Source: Bdellovibrionota bacterium
Lineage (GTDB): Bacteria > Bdellovibrionota_C > UBA2361 > CALJRW01
DNA length: 64,000 nucleotides
NCBI GenBank assembly: GCA_041740355.1
Contig: JBGSMD010000020.1
Span: 17,608-81,607 of the forward strand
Direction: 5' to 3'
This document shows positions 9,295 through 19,615 of the stretch, piece by piece. The translations under genes and the position numbers were made by a program. Within the stretch, counting starts at the first letter, position 1; each line of letters begins with the position of its first letter. The notes beneath the pieces are model-generated. The model did not search any database. It was not told the origin of the DNA and worked only from the letters and a program-made list of their open reading frames with translations.

Positions 9295-10535
9295 TGTGCT
9301 GGAATTTTAATAAAGCCACTAGGAGTTAAGCCATAAATAGTTTGATTAACCAAGACCAAATCTTGAAAATTACTAGACTCTAATTGTTTAGTAATCTCTA
9401 TTGGCGGACAAAATTTATCAAAAGAATTTTCAATTTGACTGACATTGATTTGATCCAAGTGAGTTAAGATTGATTCTTCACGAGTCTGGAACAAAACTCG
9501 ATCCCATTCCGGGGTCATAAAAACCTTTTTTACTTTTGGTAAATCTAACTGACAAAGTTTTTCGAACCCACGTAAATTCCATAAATCAATTCGTCCATCC
9601 TTAAAATGAATGAGTAATTTTTCACCGGACTTGTTCTGAAAAATCTCTTCCACATCAGTTCCTAACTGTTGCCTTAGGCGAATTGCCTCTTCAGACCAAA
9701 ATACGGGATCAAAAGGGTTATCTCGCTGTTGATATTCAAAAGGCTTTGCCTCAAAATTTTGCCAAGCACCAAGTTTCCCTTGCAAATCAATCGTAAAGAA
9801 AACGCGATCGCTTGGATGTACTATGATTTGCTTTAAAATCGACACGAGTCCCGAATATCTTGTTAGTTGAGAATAAACACTTGTAGCGGTTGGAAGATAA
9901 TACCAATTATAGATTTTACCGGTTAAGGTTCCGGCATATACCGATTCACCATTTTCTGAGAAGCTCATTACCGAAAGTCGATCGGCAAGGCGGGGAGAAG
10001 CATTAATTAATCGCTTGTTAGTGATATCATAAACCACTAAGTGATCTCTTTTGGCACTAAAAGCAATTTTTCCGGAAGAATGCCAAGTAAAATGATTTAA
10101 TTCCAAAGCAGCTACTTGTAATGAAGCACAAGTATTATCAAGTTTGCAGACCTCAGCTTGACCATTAGCATTTTGAATTAAGATAACATCCTGATTCTCG
10201 ATTTTTATTGGCAATGATGATTTCGGTTTAAAGCTACTAAAATCAAGCTGTTTATATCTTAAATTATCCCAAAGTCCCCTGATTTCAGCTAGTTCAGTCA
10301 AGTTCATGAATTGACTTTGCGTTGACTTCTCATTAGTATGACCCCTTCTGTGGGTTCTATTTGTTGCTAGACTGGAATCATTTGTTTCTGAAGATGGAAC
10401 GATAAAATTGCACCCGGCAAAAACAGACGTCAGCAAGCAACAGTAAGCTATTAAATAACTAAATCGCAAATTTCTACCTACAGATAATAACTTAATTTTT
10501 ATCAAAAATTTACACATGAACGAAGAATTAAACAC
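9291..10535 (-). CDS. Putative beta-propeller (WD40-like) lipoprotein; true start probably downstream of 10535
   Basis: Lipobox-like VFAG|C; repeats such as GKIYNW, GKLGAW, GRIDLWN. Confidence 0.6.
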   Translation of the reverse strand: MFNSSFMCKFLIKIKLLSVGRNLRFSYLIAYCCLLTSVFAGCNFIVPSSETNDSSLATNRTHRRGHTNEKSTQSQFMNLTELAEIRGLWDNLRYKQLDFSSFKPKSSLPIKIENQDVILIQNANGQAEVCKLDNTCASLQVAALELNHFTWHSSGKIAFSAKRDHLVVYDITNKRLINASPRLADRLSVMSFSENGESVYAGTLTGKIYNWYYLPTATSVYSQLTRYSGLVSILKQIIVHPSDRVFFTIDLQGKLGAWQNFEAKPFEYQQRDNPFDPVFWSEEAIRLRQQLGTDVEEIFQNKSGEKLLIHFKDGRIDLWNLRGFEKLCQLDLPKVKKVFMTPEWDRVLFQTREESILTHLDQINVSQIENSFDKFCPPIEITKQLESSNFQDLVLVNQTIYGLTPSGFIKIPAQ

Positions 10536-11727
10536 ATCGGATGGAAACTCTCAAGAGTCTGCTACGGCTTCAACTGCTGAATTAAATCATATTTATTATG
10601 AAATCGAAAGCGATCTGCTAGCAAAACCAAATTCCCTTGCTGATATCCTGATAACTAACCCTCAACCAACTGTAGTTTTCTGTAACCAACCTTCAGAAGC
10701 TGATTTACTAGAAGTAATTCTTAATAAAAGACAGATTTCTTGTCGTAAGCTGATTGGACGTGTTCCAACATCAAAAGTACAAGCAACTGCTACTCAAGTA
10801 GTGGATGGTGAAATTCAAGTCTTAATAGTAACGGATATCTCCGGTCGCGAACTTGATTGCGCTAAATTTACGCGTTTAGTGAATTATGCAATTCATGAAG
10901 ATCCAGAAGTCTACATCCATAGAACATTAGTAACAGACAGCCAATCTAAGCTAAGAACAATAATTAACTTAATTAGCCCATTAGATCATGGCAATTTTCA
11001 TTACTTGAAAAAAGTAATTGATTTTGAAATTAAACAAGTTGAACTTCCAAGTAGCTCAGAAATTCATGAAGCTCAGTTTAAACAAATAATTGCTGAAGCT
11101 AAAAGCTGTGCTTACTCTGATAGCGTTTCTAAAAGTTTAGATGAACTTGTCACCAACATTAAAGCTTCTGCTGATTATGATGCTTTGTTAAAGTACTTTA
11201 TCCATAATACTCTAAACGTATTACCGGAGATGAAAGTTAAAGCTAGCAGTGCTAGTTCAGGCTTTAATAACCGTCGCGGAGACCGAAATGAGCGTGGCGA
11301 CAGAAGTGAGCGAGGTGGAGATCGGGATCAACAAGACAACAACTCTCGCGATGATTACAAAGACTTAGAAGCAAGAATCATTAGCCGCAATATTCCTAAA
11401 ATTGAATATTGTCGTTTCTATGTTGGTTCAGATAATGCTGCTGACATTGATGAAACAAAGATCACAAAGCTAATGAACGAAGCTGCCAACATGCCTGTGG
11501 AACATTTAGCTAAGTACACTGCGCGTGGAGCTTATGCCTTTGTTGATGTTCTAAAAGAAAATGCTGCTGGCCTAATTGATATCCTTGATGGGTTTCATTT
11601 AGATAGTGGTGAGAAATTAATCTTCAAGAAAGCAGCAACGATCTACATCAAAGCTGACCAACCTGAAGGAACTGCTGCTCCGGAACAAGCTAGCAAACAA
11701 CAAGGTAACTCTGACGAAGAAGAGTAA
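10516..11727 (+). CDS. Degenerate DEAD-box helicase derivative: C-terminal RecA-like domain + DbpA-type RNA-binding domain, no DEAD domain
   Basis: TVVFCN (motif IV), TDISGRELD (degenerate motif V), VNY...YIHRT (truncated motif VI), RG-rich linker, C-terminal RFYVG...YAFVDV. Confidence 0.7.
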   Translation: MNEELNTSDGNSQESATASTAELNHIYYEIESDLLAKPNSLADILITNPQPTVVFCNQPSEADLLEVILNKRQISCRKLIGRVPTSKVQATATQVVDGEIQVLIVTDISGRELDCAKFTRLVNYAIHEDPEVYIHRTLVTDSQSKLRTIINLISPLDHGNFHYLKKVIDFEIKQVELPSSSEIHEAQFKQIIAEAKSCAYSDSVSKSLDELVTNIKASADYDALLKYFIHNTLNVLPEMKVKASSASSGFNNRRGDRNERGDRSERGGDRDQQDNNSRDDYKDLEARIISRNIPKIEYCRFYVGSDNAADIDETKITKLMNEAANMPVEHLAKYTARGAYAFVDVLKENAAGLIDILDGFHLDSGEKLIFKKAATIYIKADQPEGTAAPEQASKQQGNSDEEE

Positions 11728-11742
11728 GCTTTCTTAAAAACT

Positions 11743-11779
11743 TGAGTAGTTTGCATTCACCTAAATGCAAACTACTCAG
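11743..11779 (+). terminator. Long hairpin after helicase-like gene
   Basis: TGAGTAGTTTGCATT / AATGCAAACTACTCA 15-bp stem. Confidence 0.6.
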
Positions 11780-12058
11780 TCCCTAATTCTCCCGATCAGT
11801 AGCGCTCTTCATAATCTCAAATTAGAATTGAACAGCTATAGTAAACCCAAAGTTCTTATTTATTTTCGACTGCCATTCAAATAGTAACTTTTAGATATTT
11901 GGAACGGCCACCATCCGAAGGCTTCCTAAGCAACTAAGAATATAAACAAAAAAGTTTAACCACTAAAAATTGCTGTTGAGAAAAAGAACTAATCTGACTA
12001 CTGATTAAGCTACTGCTCAAAGCTATGTTAAGGGCAGTTATGGTGATATTATCAAGAG

Positions 12059-12664
12059 ATGATTGCAGAAAAATGCCAAGGGACAACAGAGAGACAATCA
12101 ACTAGGCTCTCAGATCAAGAACTAATTTGCGCCGCCCAGAAAGGTGACGCTAAGTCATTTGAAAATCTTGTTCTTCGTCATCATGCTAATTTACTTGGAT
12201 TTGTTTGCTCCCAAATGGGTGGCAGTGATACTTCTCAAGATATTACCAATCAGGCTTTCACTAAAGCTTGGAAACGCCTTGAAAAATATACCCCGACCGC
12301 AAATTTTACAACATGGGTAACTAGAATTGCCCTTAACTTGATTTACGATCATTATCGGTCAGAGAAAGCGAGAGAGAAAAGAACGAAAGAACATCCATTA
12401 TTTATTTTAGAAAATGCTCATTCTCGAGCCCCCTCCCCTCCAGATGATTTGATAATGCAAATTGAAGATCAATCATTACGACAACAAAAGCTTAAAATGG
12501 CAATTAATAACCTTCCAGATCGATCTAGAAAATTGGTAGCACTCCGACTTGAGGGTCTTAGTTATGAGGATATCGCTAATAAATCAGAAATTCCTATTGG
12601 TACTGTGATGTCAGGACTGTCTAGATCTCTTAAAATATTAAAAGCAAATCTAAGCTTAACTTAA
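12059..12664 (+). CDS. ECF (sigma-70 group 4) sigma factor
   Basis: Region 2 (DITNQAF...FTTWVTRIALN) and region 4 (GLSYEDIA...IPIGTVMSGLSR). Confidence 0.9.
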   Translation: MIAEKCQGTTERQSTRLSDQELICAAQKGDAKSFENLVLRHHANLLGFVCSQMGGSDTSQDITNQAFTKAWKRLEKYTPTANFTTWVTRIALNLIYDHYRSEKAREKRTKEHPLFILENAHSRAPSPPDDLIMQIEDQSLRQQKLKMAINNLPDRSRKLVALRLEGLSYEDIANKSEIPIGTVMSGLSRSLKILKANLSLT

Positions 12665-12710
12665 AGTGTCTGCATTAATTGAGCAACTATTCTAAGCAAG
12701 GATAATCATC

Positions 12711-12739
12711 TTGTGATTTAAACCTTGATCTACTATGAT
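12711..12739 (+). promoter_or_regulatory. Candidate sigma70 promoter for a small convergent RNA
   Basis: TTGTGA-17 bp-TATGAT. Confidence 0.35.
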
Positions 12740-12790
12740 CATTAATGAACTACTGAAAATGTGAATACATCGTAGGTGGTGTTTAAAACT

Positions 12791-12812
12791 AGCGACCTTG
12801 GTCGCTTTTTTT
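12791..12812 (+). terminator. Intrinsic terminator (+ strand) abutting the DUF3800 stop codon
   Basis: AGCGAC-CTTG-GTCGCT followed by a T-run. Confidence 0.75.
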
Positions 12813-13602
12813 ATTTGGGGTACATCACAATACCAAATTTATCAGCTCTAGAAGCATTCAAATTTAGTACACTAGACAGCGAACTTAAATAATATTCGAC
12901 CTCTTCGATTGATAAATAAGATTTCAACCTATTCGGAAAATCACCAAGATTCTTATTCTTTAATACATAAAGATAAGCAAGGTACGAAACCAAGTCGCAA
13001 CATTGGATCAGATATGATTCTTTAGAGTCCTTTGGTAAAGGATCTTCAATCATACTTTTAATTTCCTGACGATAACTGCCAGAACTAAATTGTGATGGAA
13101 TATAATTAATTTGTTGAATCTTCCTAGCAGTCTTAGTCATTTTACCAACTCGACCTTGATCTGTAATCATCATAAATCGCTCTTCAGGATTTACACTAAG
13201 GTTTAGATCGTTTTCAACTCTTTGAATAGAATAGGTTAACGCTTTATCTAGTACATCGTAATCAGATTGAACAATATTAGCCTTGATTATAGCAACATTA
13301 ATAATCTTTAAATTGAGTGTATTAATAAACTTACAATAATCAGCAATGATTTCCTTGCGAACTTGCTGCGAAAAGTTAAATGAGCGATAGGGATTTTTAT
13401 CTAGAAGAAAGGGCTTAACATGCATTTCAGTCTTAACCGGCAAACCATATTTCACTTTCAACTCCTTCCTAAAACTTGAAATTGCTTGATATGTATCTTT
13501 CCAGTTTAAATAATGAAGGTAAATAGTGGTTAAAACAAAAATTGGGGATGAATAATCTGGGTATCCATCATCCCCAGATTCATCACAATAAACTATCCTC
13601 AT
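12811..13602 (-). CDS. DUF3800 family protein (RNase H-like fold predicted)
   Basis: N-terminal YCDESG, central EMH, C-terminal DSKES.LIQCCDLVSY (QxxD). Confidence 0.85.
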   Translation of the reverse strand: MRIVYCDESGDDGYPDYSSPIFVLTTIYLHYLNWKDTYQAISSFRKELKVKYGLPVKTEMHVKPFLLDKNPYRSFNFSQQVRKEIIADYCKFINTLNLKIINVAIIKANIVQSDYDVLDKALTYSIQRVENDLNLSVNPEERFMMITDQGRVGKMTKTARKIQQINYIPSQFSSGSYRQEIKSMIEDPLPKDSKESYLIQCCDLVSYLAYLYVLKNKNLGDFPNRLKSYLSIEEVEYYLSSLSSVLNLNASRADKFGIVMYPK

Positions 13603-16334
13603 TACTTCTTTCCAAAAATATTCGCCGTATACTTCTCATAAAGCTCAAACAAATATTCAATTCGCTTAACTTCGCTGGCAAAAGCCTGTGGCCGATAGGC
13701 AAGATCAACAGCTTTATCTAGTTCATGATGAGCTTTCACTAACTTTGGTGGCATTGTTAAGGGATCGTAGAAATCTGCCAAGGAACAATCAGGAAATTCA
13801 GCTCTAATATTTAAGACTTGCTGAGCAGCTTCTTCGACACGAGCTTTTTGTTTCTCTGTTGGGAATTCTGGCCAAGGGAAGTTGTTGTAGACTAATTGAT
13901 TTGAGTACCGATAATCACTTTTCAACCTACCACTTATTAATCTTACCCAAGACATATGCATTGTAGAATGAATGATTGCAAAAACAAATAATTCTCTAGT
14001 TGATATAGTGTAAACAGACTCTCCAACTATAATATCTGAATTTAAAATATCGATAGGTATGTAATTTCTATTAATGGAAGATATTCTCGGGATGGCAATA
14101 AAATCAGTGTTGGGTTGTCGAATTTCTCCAAATAAAGTTGGCGTTTTAGCTAACTTATTCGTTGCAGCTCTAGTACTACAAAATCTAATTTTTTGAACAT
14201 CCTCCACTCGCTTTTTCACTAAAGGCATGGATTTAAAATCGCTTGGAAGTAAATCAAGAAGCCACAAACAATATCGTGGGATAGAATTGATCAATTCCTC
14301 GCCCATTAGGTACTTTCTAATATACTTATTACTCAAGGGCTCATTGGAGACCAATTTATTCTTATCTTCTTCGTTCAGTAATAGAAACCCACCATCATTA
14401 GGCATGCTGCCATAGTTCATTTGTGGCACACTACAAATTGGGAGTCTACGTTTTAGAATAATCTGCTCCCCACCAACAACTAAATATGGATTAATGTTTT
14501 TAACATCAACCTTATGTGGCTCACTACTAATAGTTTCATATTCAAAAATATACTTCGGGGTAACGTCATAGGCAGCAAAACCAATAATCACAACGTGAAC
14601 TGCAGCATTGCCTTTAGCTTCATTACCCCATTTAAAAGTTTGATGAGCAAAGCAAATTTTAATTTTAAACTTACTAAATAAGTAGCTCCAAAGAATTCCA
14701 GGTTGTTCCCCTTGAGAAATCGAATTAGTCGAAACAAAGGCAACTTTAATCTTAGTATCCTGAATATAACTTGCAGCCTTTACATACCAAGCAGTTACAA
14801 AGTCTAGGACATTTGCTCCATTAACCTTAAGAAAGACATTATTCATGTCTTCTTTTTGTTCCTTAGTCTGCAATGATTTTCCAATAAAAGGTGGATTACC
14901 GAGCATGTATGAAAGTTGATCTTTAGAAATAACCGTCTCCCAATCTACTCGTAATGCATTGGCATGTATAATTTTAGCGGATTTTTTGAGTGGCAATCTC
15001 ACAAAATATAAACCAAAATATTCACTAATTTGTAAATTCATTTGATGATCAATTAACCACATGGCGACTTCGGCAATCCTTGCCGGAAATTCTTCAATTT
15101 CAATTCCACACATTTGGTCAACTTCAACTTTCATGATTTGACTGACATCAAGCACAGTCTGACCATCTTTATAGATTGATTTGAGAACTTCAAGTTCAAG
15201 CAATCGAAGTTCTCGATAAGTAATTACAAGAAAATTGCCACAACCACATGCCGGATCCAGAAATTTTAATGTACTAAGTTTTTGATGAAAGTCTTTAAGC
15301 TTTTTTGAATTAGTTTTAATTGCTTCAAATTCTTGCCAAAGCTCATCTAGAAATAGTGGCTTAATAACTTTTAAGATATTTTTTTCGCTAGTGTAATGTG
15401 CCCCAAGGCTTCTACGCTCATTAGGATTCATGACAGATTGAAACATGGAACCAAAAATAGCTGGGGAAATTTTACTCCAATTTAAAGCACAACAATCGAG
15501 CAATAATTCACGCATTGAGGCATCAAAGAATGCTGGAGGTAATGTTTCCTCAAACAATTTTCCATTAACGTAGGGGAATGCTGTTAATTGCTCATCCAGA
15601 TTTTTTAATCTTTTATCTTGAGGCGTATTTAAAATATAAAATATTTCGCTTAGCCTTGACGCTAAATCACTTCCGTCTTCACTAGTTCTTTGTTCGATAA
15701 AATCTTTAAAGATATTTTTTTCAAAGATAGTGGAATCATCTGCAAATAAGCAAAACAGTAATCGAACTAGATAAAGTTCTAAGTCATGACCATCATAACC
15801 AATCTTTTTTAAATTATCATGAATCACAGCCATTAGATCGGCTGCTTTAATGTTTACGGGATCTTGTTCTTTATATACTTGTTTTTCATAACCAGCGATG
15901 AATCCAAAATGATGAACATTATCCACAAGATCTTTTAGATCAAATTCTAGGTATTCTTGATCCTTTGATAAATTGTCTAAATCAAATAATCGAAATTTTT
16001 GGAAATTACAGACAACAATATATTTCGGTAATTCGCGTTCTTTGAGTCCTGGGAAATAGTCTTTTGCTTGTCGGTAAGCCTTATCCAGATCCTTTCCTGC
16101 TGATTTATGTTCCACCAACAGTTGTCCACGCCATAGCAAATCAATGAAGCCACCAGCTCTAGTATTTTTCGTAACTTTGTGTTCAAAAGTTGCTACGCGC
16201 CTTCTAGAAATTCCAAATATCTGAAAGAACTGATCCCAAAAGGACTTTGCCTCAGCATTTTCGCTTATCTCATGCTCCCATTCTTTAGAAAAGATTGCTG
16301 CTCGTTTTTTAATTTCGTTCCAACTGAGTGCCAT
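13602..16334 (-). CDS. MmeI-like type IIL restriction-modification enzyme (nuclease + N6-adenine MTase + TRD)
   Basis: MALSWNEIK N-terminus, IDLL...VEHKS PD-(D/E)xK motif, GAHYTSE, LDPACGCGNF (motif I), GNPPF (motif IV), RLKSDYRYS...YNNFPWP. Confidence 0.93.
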   Translation of the reverse strand: MALSWNEIKKRAAIFSKEWEHEISENAEAKSFWDQFFQIFGISRRRVATFEHKVTKNTRAGGFIDLLWRGQLLVEHKSAGKDLDKAYRQAKDYFPGLKERELPKYIVVCNFQKFRLFDLDNLSKDQEYLEFDLKDLVDNVHHFGFIAGYEKQVYKEQDPVNIKAADLMAVIHDNLKKIGYDGHDLELYLVRLLFCLFADDSTIFEKNIFKDFIEQRTSEDGSDLASRLSEIFYILNTPQDKRLKNLDEQLTAFPYVNGKLFEETLPPAFFDASMRELLLDCCALNWSKISPAIFGSMFQSVMNPNERRSLGAHYTSEKNILKVIKPLFLDELWQEFEAIKTNSKKLKDFHQKLSTLKFLDPACGCGNFLVITYRELRLLELEVLKSIYKDGQTVLDVSQIMKVEVDQMCGIEIEEFPARIAEVAMWLIDHQMNLQISEYFGLYFVRLPLKKSAKIIHANALRVDWETVISKDQLSYMLGNPPFIGKSLQTKEQKEDMNNVFLKVNGANVLDFVTAWYVKAASYIQDTKIKVAFVSTNSISQGEQPGILWSYLFSKFKIKICFAHQTFKWGNEAKGNAAVHVVIIGFAAYDVTPKYIFEYETISSEPHKVDVKNINPYLVVGGEQIILKRRLPICSVPQMNYGSMPNDGGFLLLNEEDKNKLVSNEPLSNKYIRKYLMGEELINSIPRYCLWLLDLLPSDFKSMPLVKKRVEDVQKIRFCSTRAATNKLAKTPTLFGEIRQPNTDFIAIPRISSINRNYIPIDILNSDIIVGESVYTISTRELFVFAIIHSTMHMSWVRLISGRLKSDYRYSNQLVYNNFPWPEFPTEKQKARVEEAAQQVLNIRAEFPDCSLADFYDPLTMPPKLVKAHHELDKAVDLAYRPQAFASEVKRIEYLFELYEKYTANIFGKK

Positions 16335-16471
16335 GATTTTATTTGTTATAACTAGAAAATAGTATTTTAGTTTAGAGTTTACGGCTAGTTACTAGTTTGG
16401 GCACGCTGTTTCCTGTAGTAGGATTCTTTGCCAGAAAAGAGTTGATATGTAAATAAAACTGGGAGTAAAGA

Positions 16472-18196
16472 CTACTGCCTGACCTTCAGTTCCTGCCCAA
16501 TCCTTAAACCAGTACCCGTTATTTTATTCAGCTTACGAATGTCAGTGATGCTGACTTTATGCTGATTGCTAATTGACCATAAAGTATCACCAGGAGCTAC
16601 CTTGTGAGTTTTACTGGAATCGACTAGTCCTTTAGTAGTAACTGGTGCTGCTGGAATTTTCTCCTGTACCGTTAACTTCTGCCCTTCTTTTATCACGTTA
16701 GAAGTTATGCCATTGATACTTTTTAAATCACTGACTGTCATTCCATACTTAACAGCAATGGAACTAAGTGTTTCCCGATATTTTACTAAGTGCGTCCCTG
16801 TACCAACCGTAGGTAATGGAGCAATATCTTTCTCCTTAAGAACAGCAATCGCGCTTTCCCGTGGTGAAATATTTAGCTTCTGACCAATACGTACAGTGTC
16901 AGAGCTGAGGTTATTAAGTTGTTTTAATTGCTTAACAGTCAGCTCATGTTTAACAGCAATTCCGGCGAGAGTATCCCCTGATCTAACTTTATATGTTCCA
17001 ACTCCATAAACAACACTAGCACTACCTGTTGTTGGCTCTGGAGCTTTCAGTGTAACTACTTTAGTTTTGTATTTACTTGGAATTTTTAATACGTAATTCT
17101 TAGGAATCTTGTAACGTCCCTGCCAAATGGCATCAGAAATTGCATAATTATATTGCTTTAGTTCTTCCAAGCTCACTCCTGTCCGAGTCATAATATGAGT
17201 GACGGAAGTATCATTTGAAATTGGATATTCAGTAACTTGCAAGGCAGGCTCTACTTTAATTCCTGGAAAATATTTCTCACGATTATCATAAACCTCATTA
17301 GCCGCTAAAAGTTCAGGATAAAAATTATTAGATGCAAAACCAAAAAGCTGTGTCGTTGGATGTTCAATTAAATAAGTAATATCACGGGAACCCATCTTTT
17401 TAACTTTACCACGCACACCACCAACTCCATGATTATAGGAAGTAACAGCAAGTGGCCAGCGCTCTAAAGATTTATAAGCCGAACGTAAATATTTAGCAGC
17501 ACCGCGAGTTGCTGAAATTACATCACGACGTTCGTCGATTAAATTATCAACACGCATGTAACTTTTGGCTGTGGCACGCATAAACTGCCAGATGCCGGCT
17601 GCACCAACAGAACTATAGGCTTTATAATTAAAAGAAGATTCGACAAATGGAAGTCTAGTTAATTCTCGAGGTAGACCAAACTCTTTAATAAAAATATTCT
17701 CAATAATCGGCATGTAGCGACCAGATAGAATAATTGCTTCTTCAAACTTTTCTTTAATTCCGGTTTGGCTACGAACTTTATCGTCGCTAATTGTACTTAA
17801 ATACTTTGCTTTGCCATTTCCCGGAACATATTCCATGGCCGTTTCAATTTGTTCGGCTAATTTTGAACCATCATTTTTACCCTGAGCAAGTTCAGAAATA
17901 ATTCTTCTAATTTTAGCTGTGTGTTCAGCTTTAGCTTTATTTACAGTTACATCATAAGCGGCAGTTTTACGTCCATATTTCTCTGCTACCCAGTTGTAAT
18001 CAGCTACATCAAAAACCGCTTGGGGATAATCACGATGGTGGAAAATGGCGTGTTGTTGGGTATAAATCGCAAAGACTCCGATCCAAAAATCTACCCGTGG
18101 ACGAAGTTCTTCTGGCACTTTGAACTCAGGATTACTTGGACTTGCAAAAGAAACATTCGTTAAACAAAATAAGAAAATTATTAGTAGAATTCTCAT
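16472..18196 (-). CDS. MltD-like lytic transglycosylase with LysM repeats
   Basis: VESSF, GAAGIWQFM, SYNHG SLT motifs; three clear LysM domains (YKVRSGDTL, HLVKYRETL, HKVAPGDTL). Confidence 0.92.
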   Translation of the reverse strand: MRILLIIFLFCLTNVSFASPSNPEFKVPEELRPRVDFWIGVFAIYTQQHAIFHHRDYPQAVFDVADYNWVAEKYGRKTAAYDVTVNKAKAEHTAKIRRIISELAQGKNDGSKLAEQIETAMEYVPGNGKAKYLSTISDDKVRSQTGIKEKFEEAIILSGRYMPIIENIFIKEFGLPRELTRLPFVESSFNYKAYSSVGAAGIWQFMRATAKSYMRVDNLIDERRDVISATRGAAKYLRSAYKSLERWPLAVTSYNHGVGGVRGKVKKMGSRDITYLIEHPTTQLFGFASNNFYPELLAANEVYDNREKYFPGIKVEPALQVTEYPISNDTSVTHIMTRTGVSLEELKQYNYAISDAIWQGRYKIPKNYVLKIPSKYKTKVVTLKAPEPTTGSASVVYGVGTYKVRSGDTLAGIAVKHELTVKQLKQLNNLSSDTVRIGQKLNISPRESAIAVLKEKDIAPLPTVGTGTHLVKYRETLSSIAVKYGMTVSDLKSINGITSNVIKEGQKLTVQEKIPAAPVTTKGLVDSSKTHKVAPGDTLWSISNQHKVSITDIRKLNKITGTGLRIGQELKVRQ

Positions 18197-19575
18197 TGCT
18201 GATAAAGTAAATTAATGATTTTGTTTTCTAGTTCTCTAGAACTTGAGCCAGAAGTGACTTTGTTTTGGATAAAACCAAAAACATATTTATTACGTTTCTT
18301 CGAACTCACCATTCCAACTAATGAATCCACACCATTAATTGTTCCTGTCTTAGCGCGAATCACAAGACCATCAGAAAACTTCACTTTTTTAAGTGTTCCT
18401 GTTTGTCCTGAGACTGCTAGAGAAGCTAAAAATTCTGGTGCGATGGAATAATCTTGCATCGATTCTTTAAAGATCTCCGCTAGCATCCGTACAGTAATGC
18501 GATTACTATGACTTAGACCTGAGGCATCATGTAATGAAATTTCGCTAGTATCAAAGCCTTTTGATTTTAAATAGCTAGTAAGATTCGCTAATCCTTGTTT
18601 GCGACTAAAGCGATTGTTTAGACTGCCGGCGCGATAAAGAAGTTGCTCAGCAATAAAATTACTGCTGAATTTATTTAAGTCAGCAATAATCTGACTCAAG
18701 GCTTTTGATTGATGAGTGCCCAATCGTTTTGTAGTACCAGAAAATTTTTGCCGATAAATTTTCCCCGTTACAGTAATGCCGATATAGTTTAAATTTCGTT
18801 GAACAGCTCCTGCTAAGTACTGAACAGTGTCGCTAACACTACGATAAACCTCGGAACATCCGGAATTACTCGGAACCTTGCCCGCCAAACGATAGACTTG
18901 CGGGGAACTCTGGCCTTTCGGAGTAAAGTCATCCACACCATAAGCAACAGAGCGCCCACCTAACCCAACTTGCCCTTGAAATTGGATTGGATACTCCCAA
19001 GGATCCGGAGTAACTCTGGCACTTCCACCACCTCCACCACAGACATTAAAAGTAATCGTGTTAAAATTAAAAGACAGTGCCGAATTAGATGCTTGATAAG
19101 CGCTTTGACCAGAACGGGGCATTTGCTCTACAAACGCAGTATCATCTAGGTAAATATTCCCAACTTCGGTAATTCCAAACTTCTTTAAATTACGAATCAA
19201 AACCCAAAGAGATTCTGTTGTGAAACTAGGGTCTCCTTGACCTCTGATAATTAAATTATTAACTTTAGAACCATTGAAACCTTCACCTTCCACATATGTT
19301 TCAAAACGATAATCAGTTCCTAGTTTCTTTAAAGAATAATTAGTAATTAAAAGCTTCATAACGCTCGCTGGTTTTAGAGGAGCATCTGCATTATGGCTAA
19401 AGATTAGCTGATTAGTGTCGGGGTTGATGATGTAAATGCCCTTACTGAATTTATTACTAGCATTAACTATCGATTGAATTTTAGAAGTTAATGCAGTGTC
19501 AGCAAGACAGATGTTAGAGAACACTACTACTAGAAGGCTTATAAGCCCGATTTTAGGAAATAATTTATTAAACAA
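18193..19575 (-). CDS. dacB: D-Ala-D-Ala carboxypeptidase/endopeptidase PBP4 (S13)
   Basis: PASVMK (SxxK), GDP, SSN (SxN), ASGLS, AKTGT (KTG). Confidence 0.92.
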   Translation of the reverse strand: MFNKLFPKIGLISLLVVVFSNICLADTALTSKIQSIVNASNKFSKGIYIINPDTNQLIFSHNADAPLKPASVMKLLITNYSLKKLGTDYRFETYVEGEGFNGSKVNNLIIRGQGDPSFTTESLWVLIRNLKKFGITEVGNIYLDDTAFVEQMPRSGQSAYQASNSALSFNFNTITFNVCGGGGGSARVTPDPWEYPIQFQGQVGLGGRSVAYGVDDFTPKGQSSPQVYRLAGKVPSNSGCSEVYRSVSDTVQYLAGAVQRNLNYIGITVTGKIYRQKFSGTTKRLGTHQSKALSQIIADLNKFSSNFIAEQLLYRAGSLNNRFSRKQGLANLTSYLKSKGFDTSEISLHDASGLSHSNRITVRMLAEIFKESMQDYSIAPEFLASLAVSGQTGTLKKVKFSDGLVIRAKTGTINGVDSLVGMVSSKKRNKYVFGFIQNKVTSGSSSRELENKIINLLYQQ

Positions 19576-19615
19576 GGAATCTGTACGAAAAATAAAACTA
19601 TCCGTAGTTAGTAAC

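Noticed and set aside
11272-11330. RGDRNERGDRSERGGDRD repeat as an integrin-binding RGD motif
   Set aside because: Typical low-complexity RG/RD linker of cytoplasmic RNA helicase-family proteins
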